Shown in pieces: positions 25,426 through 37,333 of a DNA stretch of 64,000 nucleotides. The notes under the pieces were generated by a model, which was not told the origin of the DNA, made no database searches, and worked only from the letters and a program-made list of their open reading frames with translations. Position 1 is the first letter of the stretch. The number at the start of each line of letters is the position of its first letter. Origin of the DNA: Selaginella moellendorffii (lineage: Eukaryota > Plantae > Lycopodiophyta); NCBI RefSeq assembly GCF_000143415.4, contig NW_003314336.1, forward strand, positions 237,296 to 301,295, read 5' to 3'. A program made the position numbers and the translations under genes.

Positions 25426-28400
25426 TCAGACTGTTATTTTTTGCCTCCAACGCCTATACAATAATCTTGGAATTTCATCACTCTCCACACTATCAGGATT
25501 TAAACCCAATAGTAATGCCATCTCTTCTCTAATACGTCCACGCTCATGTTCAGTGGTCGAAGAACCCATCCGGTTGAGAAGATTATGGAGATGCGGATAG
25601 TGCTTGGCTAGACAATATACATGCCATAAATGATGACTGGTGTCTGTCCGATCAAATGGCTTCTGATATACCGTTCCATCTGCCATTTGGTTGATTTCTG
25701 CAGCCACCTCCTGGACTGGCCGGTTCTCTATCACCATCGCTTCAAGCCGTTTTGCAAGGTCCCCCAGAACATACGGTTTCTTCTCCCTAGTTTCCATACT
25801 GCAAGAGATGTGGTGCACTGCATATGTGTGCGTGTTCGCTGCAGTTTTAATCGGCGAGTCATCGATGATGAGGATTTCACTTGACCTAGCAGTCCGGTTC
25901 ATCACTACAGCCTCTGCCTTGACGAAGATGGGCTTGCTACCCCTCACATGGACCATAGTCAAGCAATCCTCCTGCGTTAGGAGAAAGTCAAATGGTAATA
26001 TTACTCGCGTCTGATCGTGCATCATCTGTAGCAACGTTAATGCATTGTGGCGCATCATGGATGTCCAAACTCCCAATTGCAAATTGAACCCTGCCCTTTG
26101 TTTTAAGTGTCGCATGGTCATTATTAGATCCCGCAGTTTCTCCCGTGTGATTAATGTGAATCTGTCTCTTTTGACCAACTTGCGACCGCAGGCTTTGGAG
26201 GGTGCAGTGACATTCGAGGACGAGCCACGCTCATGGGAGAAAAGGACACCGTTCAGATCAAAAACGATATAGTACTTTCGCCGTGACTCTGAAATGAAAT
26301 GCGTCAGCATAAAAAATGGTACAAGTCAATTTTACCATCTACAATATTAGCGAATGGTGCTCCCGATGGTCGTTCAGAGGGTTTTGGTCGAGGAAACGTG
26401 AAGGGCGGAAATACTCTCCTCTGCAATGTGGGGTCAATCGCATCCGATGGCGTGTGGGCACATGCCATTTCAGCTGTAGACTCTGGTACAACTGGCTCAA
26501 CAGTGGCATGGGGTGGTTCCGATGGCGTGTGATCACACGCCATTTCAGCTGGTGCCTCCGTTGGCAAAGTGGACATGACCGAACAGGCAGCAGGGGCGGT
26601 GTAGGGAGGTTCCAACGGCGCGTAGTCAGACGATTGGGCACACGTTGGAAATGAGGATACGACCGGCTCGGCGGCTGGGGCGGCCTCATGCGGGTCCAAT
26701 GGCGCCTGGTCACCGTCAGTTGGATACGTGGACAAGATTGACTTAGTGGTATGGGCAGCATCAAGTGGAGCGTGGTCAGCTTGCTTGGCGTTGATATGGA
26801 TAGTAGCCTCCACCAGCTCTGATGACTCTTGCAGGCAAGTAGAGTCCACTGGTGGATCCATATGCATGTCCAAATATCTCCCTTCGATTGAGATGGTATC
26901 CTCCCGTGCTACTAAAAACAAACTCATTAGCACATTGAATCGACTATACTGTATTTACCATCAACTGCTATTGAGGAACTAGGACCGATATCACTTGGGC
27001 GCACTGCTGATTCTGAAGGATTGGACATATGTTTCGACCCTTGCTTGGCACTATCCTTCCTCGACACTAAAGGCTAGAGTTTGTATCTTAATTCAACTGA
27101 ATAATCTCTACTTACCATTTCTTCTGCGACCTACATGGACAATGTTAGAAATGGTAAAAGGTTAGGAATGGATGTACTATTATTTACCTGATGGTTTGTC
27201 TTGTATGACCTTCCTCCGCTGCTCTTTGGCCACCTCAGGCTGGCCATCGTCGTCATCATCGTCATCGTCGTTATTGTGATCGTCACCATTGTGAGGACCA
27301 TCCAAGTCCTCTTCGTCCTCCTCTTCTTCATCCTCCTCTTCTTCGTCCTCCTCTTCTTTGTCCTCCTCTTCGTCCTTCTGCTCTTCCTGCTCATTATCTT
27401 TCTCTGGCTCCTCATCCCCCTCTTGCATTTCTTCCATAGGCTGCTCAGGCTGGATTGCTTGTTTTTCCAGGACCATCTTGGAAAAATCATCTGGCCGAGT
27501 CTCCATCTCAAAATACAAGACATCCATATCCTGTTTTAGTGCGTGACCTAGGACCGTATCCTCACCCGACTGTCTTAACATGGTTTCTGCACGTTCTTGC
27601 ACCCTTTGAAGACGACGAGATGAGAAAAACGTGGCCCTGACTTGAAAAGCATCCCTCATCCATTGTACCTCTCCATTGAGATTGGGGAAGGGGAGTCCGC
27701 CATAGGAATCTGAGTCAGAAGGTGGTGACTGGCTCCTTTCACTCAGCCCTTGATCTGCAATGAATGGCATGAGCACACACGCCATAACTGCGAGGCATTA
27801 CCTATCATCTTTTCGTTGCCCTTCTTCCTTTTCGAATCAAACGCCTCTGATCCCGACGACTGTCCAACGTGCTTTCGCTTTTTATGACCACTGTCAGTTT
27901 GAGCTTGGCTGGTGCTTGCCTGTTTTGCCTTTGAAGAAGTGTCTCCTGCAAGGAATGGCATGAGACCACACGCCATTGCAAATATAATTTGTACCTCCTT
28001 TTTTCCTATTGCTTGTCTGTTTGTCCTTCTTCGACGCGACACCAGTGCGCTTTTCAGTCCTCGTGTCTGAATATTCACAACGATCTATAATCAAAATGGC
28101 GTGAGGCCTCACGTGACCTTACCTTGTGCAAGTTGTGACCTCGGCCTAACATCAGTAGCTGTTAACGCCGTTTCAGCATCTGGGGGTGGCCACGCTCCTG
28201 CATACATAGCTTGTGAGATAACATTTAAACTTAAAGTGCGTACTCACCAGGTTCGTAGAGAAGATACTGTTTTTCTTTGGCAACTGTAATTATATGCTCC
28301 ATTGAAGTCACCTCTTCAATGGAGTTTGTCACCGCAACACATGGGACACCCTTGAGTAGTGCGGCTCGAAAGAATAGTCCGCCGCAGTTGTACTCGACAA

Positions 28401-31031
28401 CGCATTTGCCCTTGGAGTCACCCGCTATTGCGTTGAAGACCCAGCTGAGCATTTCCCATGCTGCACCTGGAGCTTTCTTTGGATTCGAAAGCTCCATAGC
28501 CGTCTTCAGTTCCTCAGGCACGGGTAAATTGACCTCCCTCAGATCAATTCGATCGGCTTTGTTGAACGAAGCTGGGAAGTCACTCCAGTCCCACTCTGCT
28601 GCAGGACCAATAACAAGGGCGACTGTGAAGATGCGGACATTCGTCGGTATCTTCTTCTTAGCCATTATCCCATGGATCTCCCGCATCTCCTGGCCTTTCA
28701 ACCGAGCCTTCACCTCGTTCAAGGCCTTCCAGAACTTGTGATAGGATTCGGAGTCGTAGATCATATAGTGGACTGAAGATTCCACCTCCGCAAGTCCCAC
28801 CATTAAGTCAATGATGGAGCTGACTTCGTCTGCATGAGTGATCTCCTCGTTTGTGAAGTCCATCACACAAAAGATGTTCTTGACCTGCTCATCTCTGCGG
28901 GAAACGATGCTCCTCCACCTTTGATCCTCATCCGAATTCACGTATACCCGGTAAGGTTCTCGATAGGCCTCTGCTGCGGGGTCGAGCTGTTTCTAAAGCC
29001 GGCAGTTGACATCCCTCTTAATGAAATTTGGATACTGATCCAACTTCTCAGCTTTACTTTTCGTGGCATCCCGCAGCAGATCGATGAACTTGGGGGCCCC
29101 CTTCACGTACTCGTCGATGTCTTCATTTGACAAGTCCAGCTCTTCCATCATCTCTTGCATGGTGTTGATGCTCACCCTCGCCACGGCCACTTGCTCGAAG
29201 ATCCAATCCTTCAATAGCGCACAAGCTCTCAGAGTCGTGCACAAGTCCTCGTATGTCACAATATGGCCGGGAGTCATTTTGGTCTTGTTGAAGACTACCT
29301 CACCACGTAGAAGAGCATTAGCCACTGTCAGAAGGTTGTCGTCGTCTAGAGACCGTGAGAAACGCAAGGCGTTGAGCTTCAAATCATTGGGCTTCCGGCC
29401 GTCCTCCACACCCATTGAGTTTAGCAACTCCCCGTCATGGTACCTCCTTAGCACATCTACCCATTTGTCAAAAACAACTTTTGTCGCGAGTAGAATGTTA
29501 TGGATGCTGAGTGTGTCATTGACCCCCAGTGTTTTCGAGAGAAGACTCAAGAATTCCTGCAATGGAAATGGCGTGAGGCCACATGCTATGCCACATGCAA
29601 CGAGGCTTACCTGCCAGGCGCTAGTTGCTAGTGCACGTCCTTGTCCTGGTTTTTGTGGCTTCTTCAGTTGAACCCAGAGCTTCCGTGTTCGTGCCAATGT
29701 CTCGTGCAGACCCGATTTGTAGCACGTTTCTTGCTTGACATTCTGCGCGTGGGAGATGTATATGATAGATCGGAGGGGCGAGTTGCCTTTTATCAGGCGG
29801 ACAACTCTTGTCTTGAAGACTTTCTTCACCTCCTCGCCCACCATAATATCCACAACTATCTGTTGCATCGCCAAGCTAGAATGCTGCCCGGAGATGGCAT
29901 AGAACCGGATGTTCTGATCGTCCAACACCTTCCTATTGATCAAGTCTGGAAACCTCGTCTCGCCCTTCATTGTTCGGTAGTAGGGGATCACGTCTGCGAT
30001 GTCGGGTGTTACTGGACTTGCCAGCATCTTCTGCTTCAGTTTCTCCACCCACTCATCAGATACTAGCCTGTGGTTGTATTTGCTTTGGATCTCGATACGG
30101 CTCACGTCGATTGTATATACTTTGTTGGAATAGTAACAAGTACTATTATCTGCGACGATTTTTGCTGCCTCTTCTTGCTCTTTTTGCTCTTTGCGGCTCT
30201 TCTTTTTGGTGGGTGTAGTGTTCGAACCCGAGGCAATGGCATCACCGAGTAGCTTCTTTTTTGGAGCAGCAGAGTCAGACGTCGGCTTGAGCTTGACCAC
30301 CCTTTTCTGCTTCGGGGTAGTTTCCAGATCGACCCCCTTCCCCTTCGCTTCGCAAACTGGAGGCACTCTCAACGGCTCAATGTTGGAATATAGTTTTTGA
30401 ACATCGCCGTAGGTGAGGTCCGTGGATTCCATGTGATCTTCATAGACCCGCAGCGTCTTTGAAATTGTGGGCCTCCTGGACAACCTCTCTCTAGCTCCCT
30501 CTAGGAATTCCTCATAGCCGCTGCCCCCCTCCGGGAAGCTGCTAGGATGTGCAAGGTGGATCTTGAAGGCGGACGCTGTCTCTACCAGAAGTGCCAGTCC
30601 ATATTCTTGCATGGAACTGCATGGAGTGTCTGTCACTTGGATGAGGATCCCCATGCATTCTTTTCTCCCACCATCTGTGTTGTACAGCATCAGATCCTCG
30701 CCTTCCATCCCGAAAGTCCAACTGGTGAGCTCCTCCCCCTTCTCTGCATCCACATTGACAGTGGCTGGAAGAAGAACGCAATTCCTCGCCTGTTCAGAAA
30801 TGCACAACAATTAGAGCTGACAGATGAAAAGCTAGCAGCTGGAAATAACGTGAGGCCACACGCCATTCACCACTGCATCAGATGTCTTGAGGCTGCATCC
30901 TAAGATGGCGTGAGGCTACACGCCATCTGTAACCGGACTGCACTCGAGAGCCCAATCGGTGCATGCCAATGTTACTACTGAATGGCATGTGGCCTCATGC
31001 CATTTTCTACTTCGTCTAAAAGACTTACCAT
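25426..31031 (-). pseudogene. Multi-exon cargo gene, copy 2 (least damaged; premature TAG at 28993)
   Basis: Same exon structure as copy 1. FCP1-like exon intact (YIVFDLNGVLF...LGVWTS...ILIIDDSPIK). Confidence 0.8.
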
Positions 31032-33810
31032 TTGAAGCCGAATGGAGGCCGTGACAATCGAGGCCGGACTCGCTGGCGAATGTGCACTGTGTGTGCAGCG
31101 GATCGTAGCAGCAAGGCTACTCTGCCACTTACAGTTGGAGAGTGGCGCTGAAATCTCCCGGGACGCCAAGTGGGCTGCGTGTGGGTGGCGGAGTGGGCGG
31201 CGGAGTTGGCGGCGAAGTTACAAACTGGGTGTGTCTTGAAGTGGACGCCGATGCACACGAGCGCGATGCGAGCGCGAGTGTGATGCAAGCGCGAGTGGAC
31301 GCCGATGCACACGAGAAACCTGTAGAGAAGTGAGCGTGATCGCGAGTGGGAGCGCGATGCGAGCGGGAGCGCGAGTGTGATGCGAGCGCGAGCGCGAGTG
31401 TGCGAGTGCGAGTACAAAGCAAAATGCAAAACCTAACCTCACACGCGCGAAATGTCACAATGGTTGGTAATCCTGCCACGTCATCATTCCTTGGACTTGG
31501 GCGCCACCATTAATTTCTGGATTGCCGCGCGCATGCAAGCACGCAAAATCCAAAAGAAATCCGCAACGTCATCATTCCTCGGACTGCATGCACGCGAAAT
31601 CCAAAAGAAAGATCATGATTGGGATATCATTTAATACCCTCGCTATATTTATACCATGCATGATTGGATATTCCAAAGCATCTTGTATTTCCAAAAATGG
31701 CAGATGTTCAGCTAAATAAAGAAATTCTATCTATTTCTATTTTTCTCTCAAATCAATATTATAGCGTGTGGGCTCATGCAATTTTGAACCAAAGAAACCC
31801 AAAAAACGTTGGACCCAAAATATTTTGAAAAAACCCAAAAAACCCTAAACATTTTAAACCTTAAAATCCAGGCGTCCTGTGGCGTTATTCCTTCAATGGC
31901 GTGTGGGCGCATGCCATTTTCAGGGCCAAATGCTGAATGGAGAAAAATTCCCTTTCAGTGCAAATGCTGCAAGAGGCAGATGCCGAGCACAAAGGACTGT
32001 AACTACCTCACATGACACAGATAAACTTTTCTCTATTTGGCAAAGATAAACTTTATAGCGTGTGGGCTCATGCAATTTTGAACCCAAGAAATGCACCAAA
32101 AAATTCTCGGCGTCATCTGGCATTATCTCTTGAATGGCGTGGGGCCGCATGCCATTTTTAGGGGCACATAGGAGTATATTCCTAGGATATTCTGACACAC
32201 GCGAGATTTTTTTGAGTTTTCTGGAGATCCAACCGTTAGATCGCAACTAGATTTTACAGAATGGTATACAATGTCTTTCTTGATGACCCTGTAAAGAAGC
32301 ATCTCGATCGGACACCACATGAGACCACACGAGCCTTACAATTTTTCAGGGGCATTTGCCATAGATCCGACCGTTATTTTGCTCCAAGATTTTACAGTTT
32401 GGTGTGCATTGACCTTTCCATCGAAACTGCAAAGGGACATCACAATCAGATGCGGGATCACAAGAAACTAACTTCACTAACTCTGGTTTCACCAAGATCT
32501 ACGTAAGGAGTTATGAAATGAAAGGACCCTCTCTATTGAAATGTGTTTATGGTCCTAGGGGCATTGTGACATATCAAAGGATTTTGCATCAAGTTCTGTA
32601 TTTGCATGTTTATCAAGCTACTGAATTGCTAAACCCTAAACCCTAAACCCTAAACATGTGGCAAATGCTGCGTGAAGAAAGATGCCCTTTCTGGGCAAAT
32701 GCTGTAAGAGGCAGATGCTGAGCAGATGTATCTCAGGCTAGCGAAGGGGACAAACGAAAGCTAGCTATAAACATGACGGGATGCAAATAGATTACTAGGC
32801 TGGTCCTACGAAAATCAAAAACCATAATTGAAAACATTGAAAATGCAAAAAGAAAGGTTTATAATATTTTTGAATTTTAGGCAACCAAAGGAATGTAAGT
32901 AAGGCATGTGTTTGTAAGTTTAAAAATGCCTCAACCACTTAAATTCCCAAGTAAATAAAGCTGTTTCTATTTTTGGTACAGGTAAACTTTATAGCGTGTG
33001 GGCTCATGCAATTTTGAACCCAAAAATGCACCAAAAAATGCTCGACTAGCATTATTCTTTGAATGGCGTGTGGCCTTATGTCGAGCATTATTCTTTGAAT
33101 GGCGTGTGGCCTTATATTGCCATAAATGGACGTACACACACAGCATAATTATTCCTTTACACGGCGAATAATCTTGGCGCGGATTGCTGACATGGCATGG
33201 CAAAGTTCGAATCACTGACATGGCACAGCTGGATCGAGGCAAGGGCATGATGTGACAAAGTTCAACCTCCGACAGCAAAGTCTAGAAGCTACTCAGTTTG
33301 AAATTTGTCAGAGGAATCATAAGATCTGGTTTGTCAAAGGATTTGATGTGACGTTCAAGCGTGTGTTATTTTTGAATTCTCGAACTCATTCCTAGGTCTA
33401 TCATTTTTGTGCACCGTGTTCTTGGTTCCGCTGAGCGCAGTGAGCGCTGCTTGTGTAAGCGGCGTTGTGGGCTGTGGTTTATGCGTCTACGAGCGGTTGC
33501 GGCATTGCGAGCGCCATTGCGAGCGGCAGTTTATGCGAGTGGCAGTTTGTGCGAGCGGCGCTACGAGCAGTTGCGGTGTTGCGAGCGGCGCTACGAGTAG
33601 TTGCGGTGTTACGAGCGGCACTGTCTTTGGTGTGGCTACCGCTTCCTCTTGATATTCGGCACTTGTGCTTCCTGGTATGTTCACCATGGAATGGCTTAGG
33701 ACCACATTTAGAAATGGCATGAGGCCACATGCCATCTTGGGCCCTTGCAATTTCATGGCTAGCGTATTGTCATGTATGTTTTTACTTGCCTGCAGCTGTG
33801 TGTATATCAA

Positions 33811-34038
33811 GATGGCATGAGGCCTCATGCCATCTTTGGCCCCTGCTAGCCTATTGCCATATTCCTTTTGCCTTGCTGCAACTGTATATATTTTTGTATG
33901 GGTGACTAGTCACGTACACAAAAATATATACAGTTGCAACAAGGCAAAAGGAATATAGCAACAGGCTAACAGGGGCCAAAGATAGCATGAGGCCTCATGC
34001 CATTAGTGGTACCACTAATGGCATGAGGGCTCATGCCA
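33811..34038. repeat. Long fold-back palindrome flanked by 22-bp palindromes
   Basis: Arms ~90 bp centred on GTGACTAGTCAC (33902-33913), then CATTAGTGGTACCACTAATG. Confidence 0.9.
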
Positions 34039-34191
34039 ATTTTGTGAATGCGAAATTTCACGTGGGTGTCAATAGCATGTTTAAATAATGGCATGTGGCC
34101 TCATACTATTGAGGTTGTTTGGTATGTTATGATTTAGGCCATTCTCCAATCATTTTTTGTATGGTCTTAACTTCTTTTCTGCACTTTCAGA

Positions 34192-37100
34192 ATGGCCTTC
34201 AGGGTTGGGGAAAAGGTTTACATTTTGAATGGTGGGAAGAGAGTTGCAAAAGGGACCCTTGTGTCTATGGATCGGAACTTTGTTATACACTGTCAAAGGC
34301 TTGGGGAAGGCAATGCTGCTGTATCAGTAGAGACTGTCTTCGATGGGAATGTGGTCGCTATTGAACGACGAGAGATGGTCGTCGGGGTAAATGTTGTTGT
34401 TGCCTTGAAAAATCTTCAGAAGAAAGCAGATGTTGGGGACAGCGCAAGTGCGACGCATGTTCCCTCCGTGGATCTTAAGAACCATGCTACATGGATTCAG
34501 GCGAAGGTGTTTCTAAACAACCCCGAGGGGGAGGTGGTAGCTGAGGGCTTAGCCACAGTTGTCAATCCAAGAGATGCGGTTGCTAATCAAGAATTGGGCT
34601 GGGATGATATTGGAGTTGCAATTTTAGAGGTTGTTGACACAGAAGAAAACAGTCTGACTATTGGAAGCATTGTGCGGTGGAAATTGAGGCACTTAGTGTT
34701 TGAGAATGTGAAGGATTCACAATCAAACACCACTACAACTGATGACAGAACATCTCTTCATGGGAAAAGAAAGTACACCTTCCTAAAGCGCAGCCAAAGG
34801 GATCTGAGCAACGAACCGAAAAGGCAGAAAATGGCGATGGAGGTTCGAATGGTCTCGACAGTTGCTTGTTGCAAGAGGAGGTGCTGTCAACATGCTGATT
34901 GGGATGCTATTGAAGAGGAGAGAGCAAGATACAAGACATTGTCCTAGAAGGCAGCTCGCAATTTTGTGTATGAGGCATTACGGTCATTTGTTGATGCTTC
35001 AGAACATCAGGTGGGGGGCATGGTCTTCCAGAGGGGTTTGGTCTGCATGAAGGCATGGAGAATCATTTATGGAGTCCCTTGAACCACATTCTACAGAATC
35101 AAAACTGAGTTCGAGGAACAAAGGGTTCAACAGGCAGTCCATGGGAACGACGGTACGCACAAAACCAGGGGTCATGTTGTATATGGAGAGGCAATCTTCA
35201 AGAGGTTTGTCGAGACATGTAGCGAGCAGCAACCACATAAAACCCGCCTCTTGGAAGATGGAACACGAGACACCCAACGAGTTCTCCCTTCCATGTATAC
35301 CAAGGGGGCCATATTGGAAGATGTGAATCGGGAACTCCAGAGTAATGGCTACAGGAAGCTGAGCCAATCTAGATTTAGTAGATTGTGGAGCAACAGGTTC
35401 AGGGATGTGAGTATAGGAAAGTACTCCAGCTTTTCAAAGTGTGACGAGTGCACTGCTATCAAAATGGCTTTGTCGAAGAATTCTTGCAGCGCTCAAGAGC
35501 GAGAGACGTTGGTTAGAAGGCGGCTCGACCACAACATCGAGCAGAGAAGCTGCAGGACTGCATATTATCATAACAGGATTCTCTCCATGGAGAGACCTGA
35601 CTCTTACCTCTGCATCATCCACGACAAAATGGACCAGAAAAAGACGTGCTTACCTCGACTCAATCCTGCCCCCAAGGCAATCTCTTCATCCATGCAGCTG
35701 CCTGTGTCTCTGTTTGGCATAATCGCTCATGGGCATGGTGCCCAAAACTATGGGAACTTCTTTGTACCTCTATGGGGTGGCGGGGGTGCAAACATGATGA
35801 TTGCGTCCCTAGCAAAACACTTAAGGTCTCTGCAAAGTGCGCAGACTGAGCTGAACGGCCAACCCTTGCATAAGGCCCTTGTCGATCGAACCCCATACAG
35901 GGTTCAGCTGGAGGAGGAGCAAAGGCTTGCAGTATCGCGTGGGGCCCCATGCCATCCCAATGAATATGTTGGCCGTCAGATTGTAGGGTTATCACGTGAG
36001 GCCTCATGCCATTCCGACGAGGCTGGTCGCCCGGTGAATGCACAGCCTCATCCAAATGAAGCAGAATCTCAAGGAAGTTCTTGCGGCCGATGTGGCCTTC
36101 CACCCCATCTTCTGCTCCAAACAGACAATGCTGGCAGTGAGAACAAAAACATGTACGTCTTCGCGTACTTGGCGATGCTTGTTGCCAAAGGCATATTTGA
36201 AACGGTTACACTTGGCTTTCTCATGGTTGGGCACACTCATGAAGACGTCGATGCCATGTTCAGTCACCTGGCAGAGTCCCTCCGGCGATCCAATGTCCTC
36301 ACCCTCCCACAACTCTACGATGAATTCCAAAATTGCATCAAAGGCACTGTTGAAGCTGCACTTCTGACAGACGTTCCAGACTTTAAGGGGTTTGTAAGAG
36401 GCTACATCAGGGACGGATCCGAAACGCTGATTGGCCACTCCAAGCCTCTTCAGTTTCATTTCAGCATGTGTGACGGTGCTCCAGTGATGAGGTACAAGAT
36501 GAGAGAATGGGACACAGTGTGGCTGCCAGTGGACGGCATTGAACTCTTCAAGAGAGATCCCATAACTGGGGAACCTATGATTCCTCAGGGTTCCCCACAG
36601 CCGATGCACCCGGATGGACTCAAAGACCAGGAAAGTATAGTGGCCGGGATTAGACAGCATATTGCCTTCTGGAAGAGGGGGTTGGTGTTTGGTGGAGAAT
36701 CCTATTTTCAGAGGTGCAAGCCTTTGCTCGAATACTGGGAGAAGATTATATCTGCTATCCAAAATGGGCCGGTTGTATATGAAGAATTGGAAGAGTCCTT
36801 TTGGCCAGAACCCAAAGCACCAGATAGTAGCGGAATAATGTCCTCTGGAAATGCAGTGACAGATAACGATGTTGAGGATCACTATTGTGGGCCGAGGAAC
36901 AAGAAGCCGGATTCAGCATTCAATCCAGTACAGGTCTGCAAAGGAATGGTCGTGCTTGTCAGACCCAGTAATAAAAAACAAATGATATGGGTGGGGCGCT
37001 GCATCACTGATGCAGAGGAGGACGCGGAAACTAACTCCTTCAATGTAACTGTGGAGTGGTTCAAGCCAACTTCCGGATATACGAACGATTGCCTAGAAAA

Positions 37101-37333
37101 GAGATGGGTGCTGAATCCAAGGGATCCCAGCATGAGCATATCGGTGGATAATGTTGTGCATGGTTGGATGCGGAAGCAGAGTGCCACCATCACCTTGCCA
37201 GACCATGCAAGAGATGCAGCAAGAGCATTCATAACCCGGGTTCAAGGTGAGATTCATTAATATTCCTTTACTAAGTTTCTAATGTATTTTATTTCAAGGT
37301 GAACAATCCGAATCTGAATCAGAGGAGGCGTGA
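34192..37333 (+). pseudogene. Sola-like DDD transposase, copy 2 (stops at 34945 and 35080)
   Basis: Single frame 34192-37260 (1,022 codons); catalytic motifs intact; probable short last exon. Confidence 0.88.
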
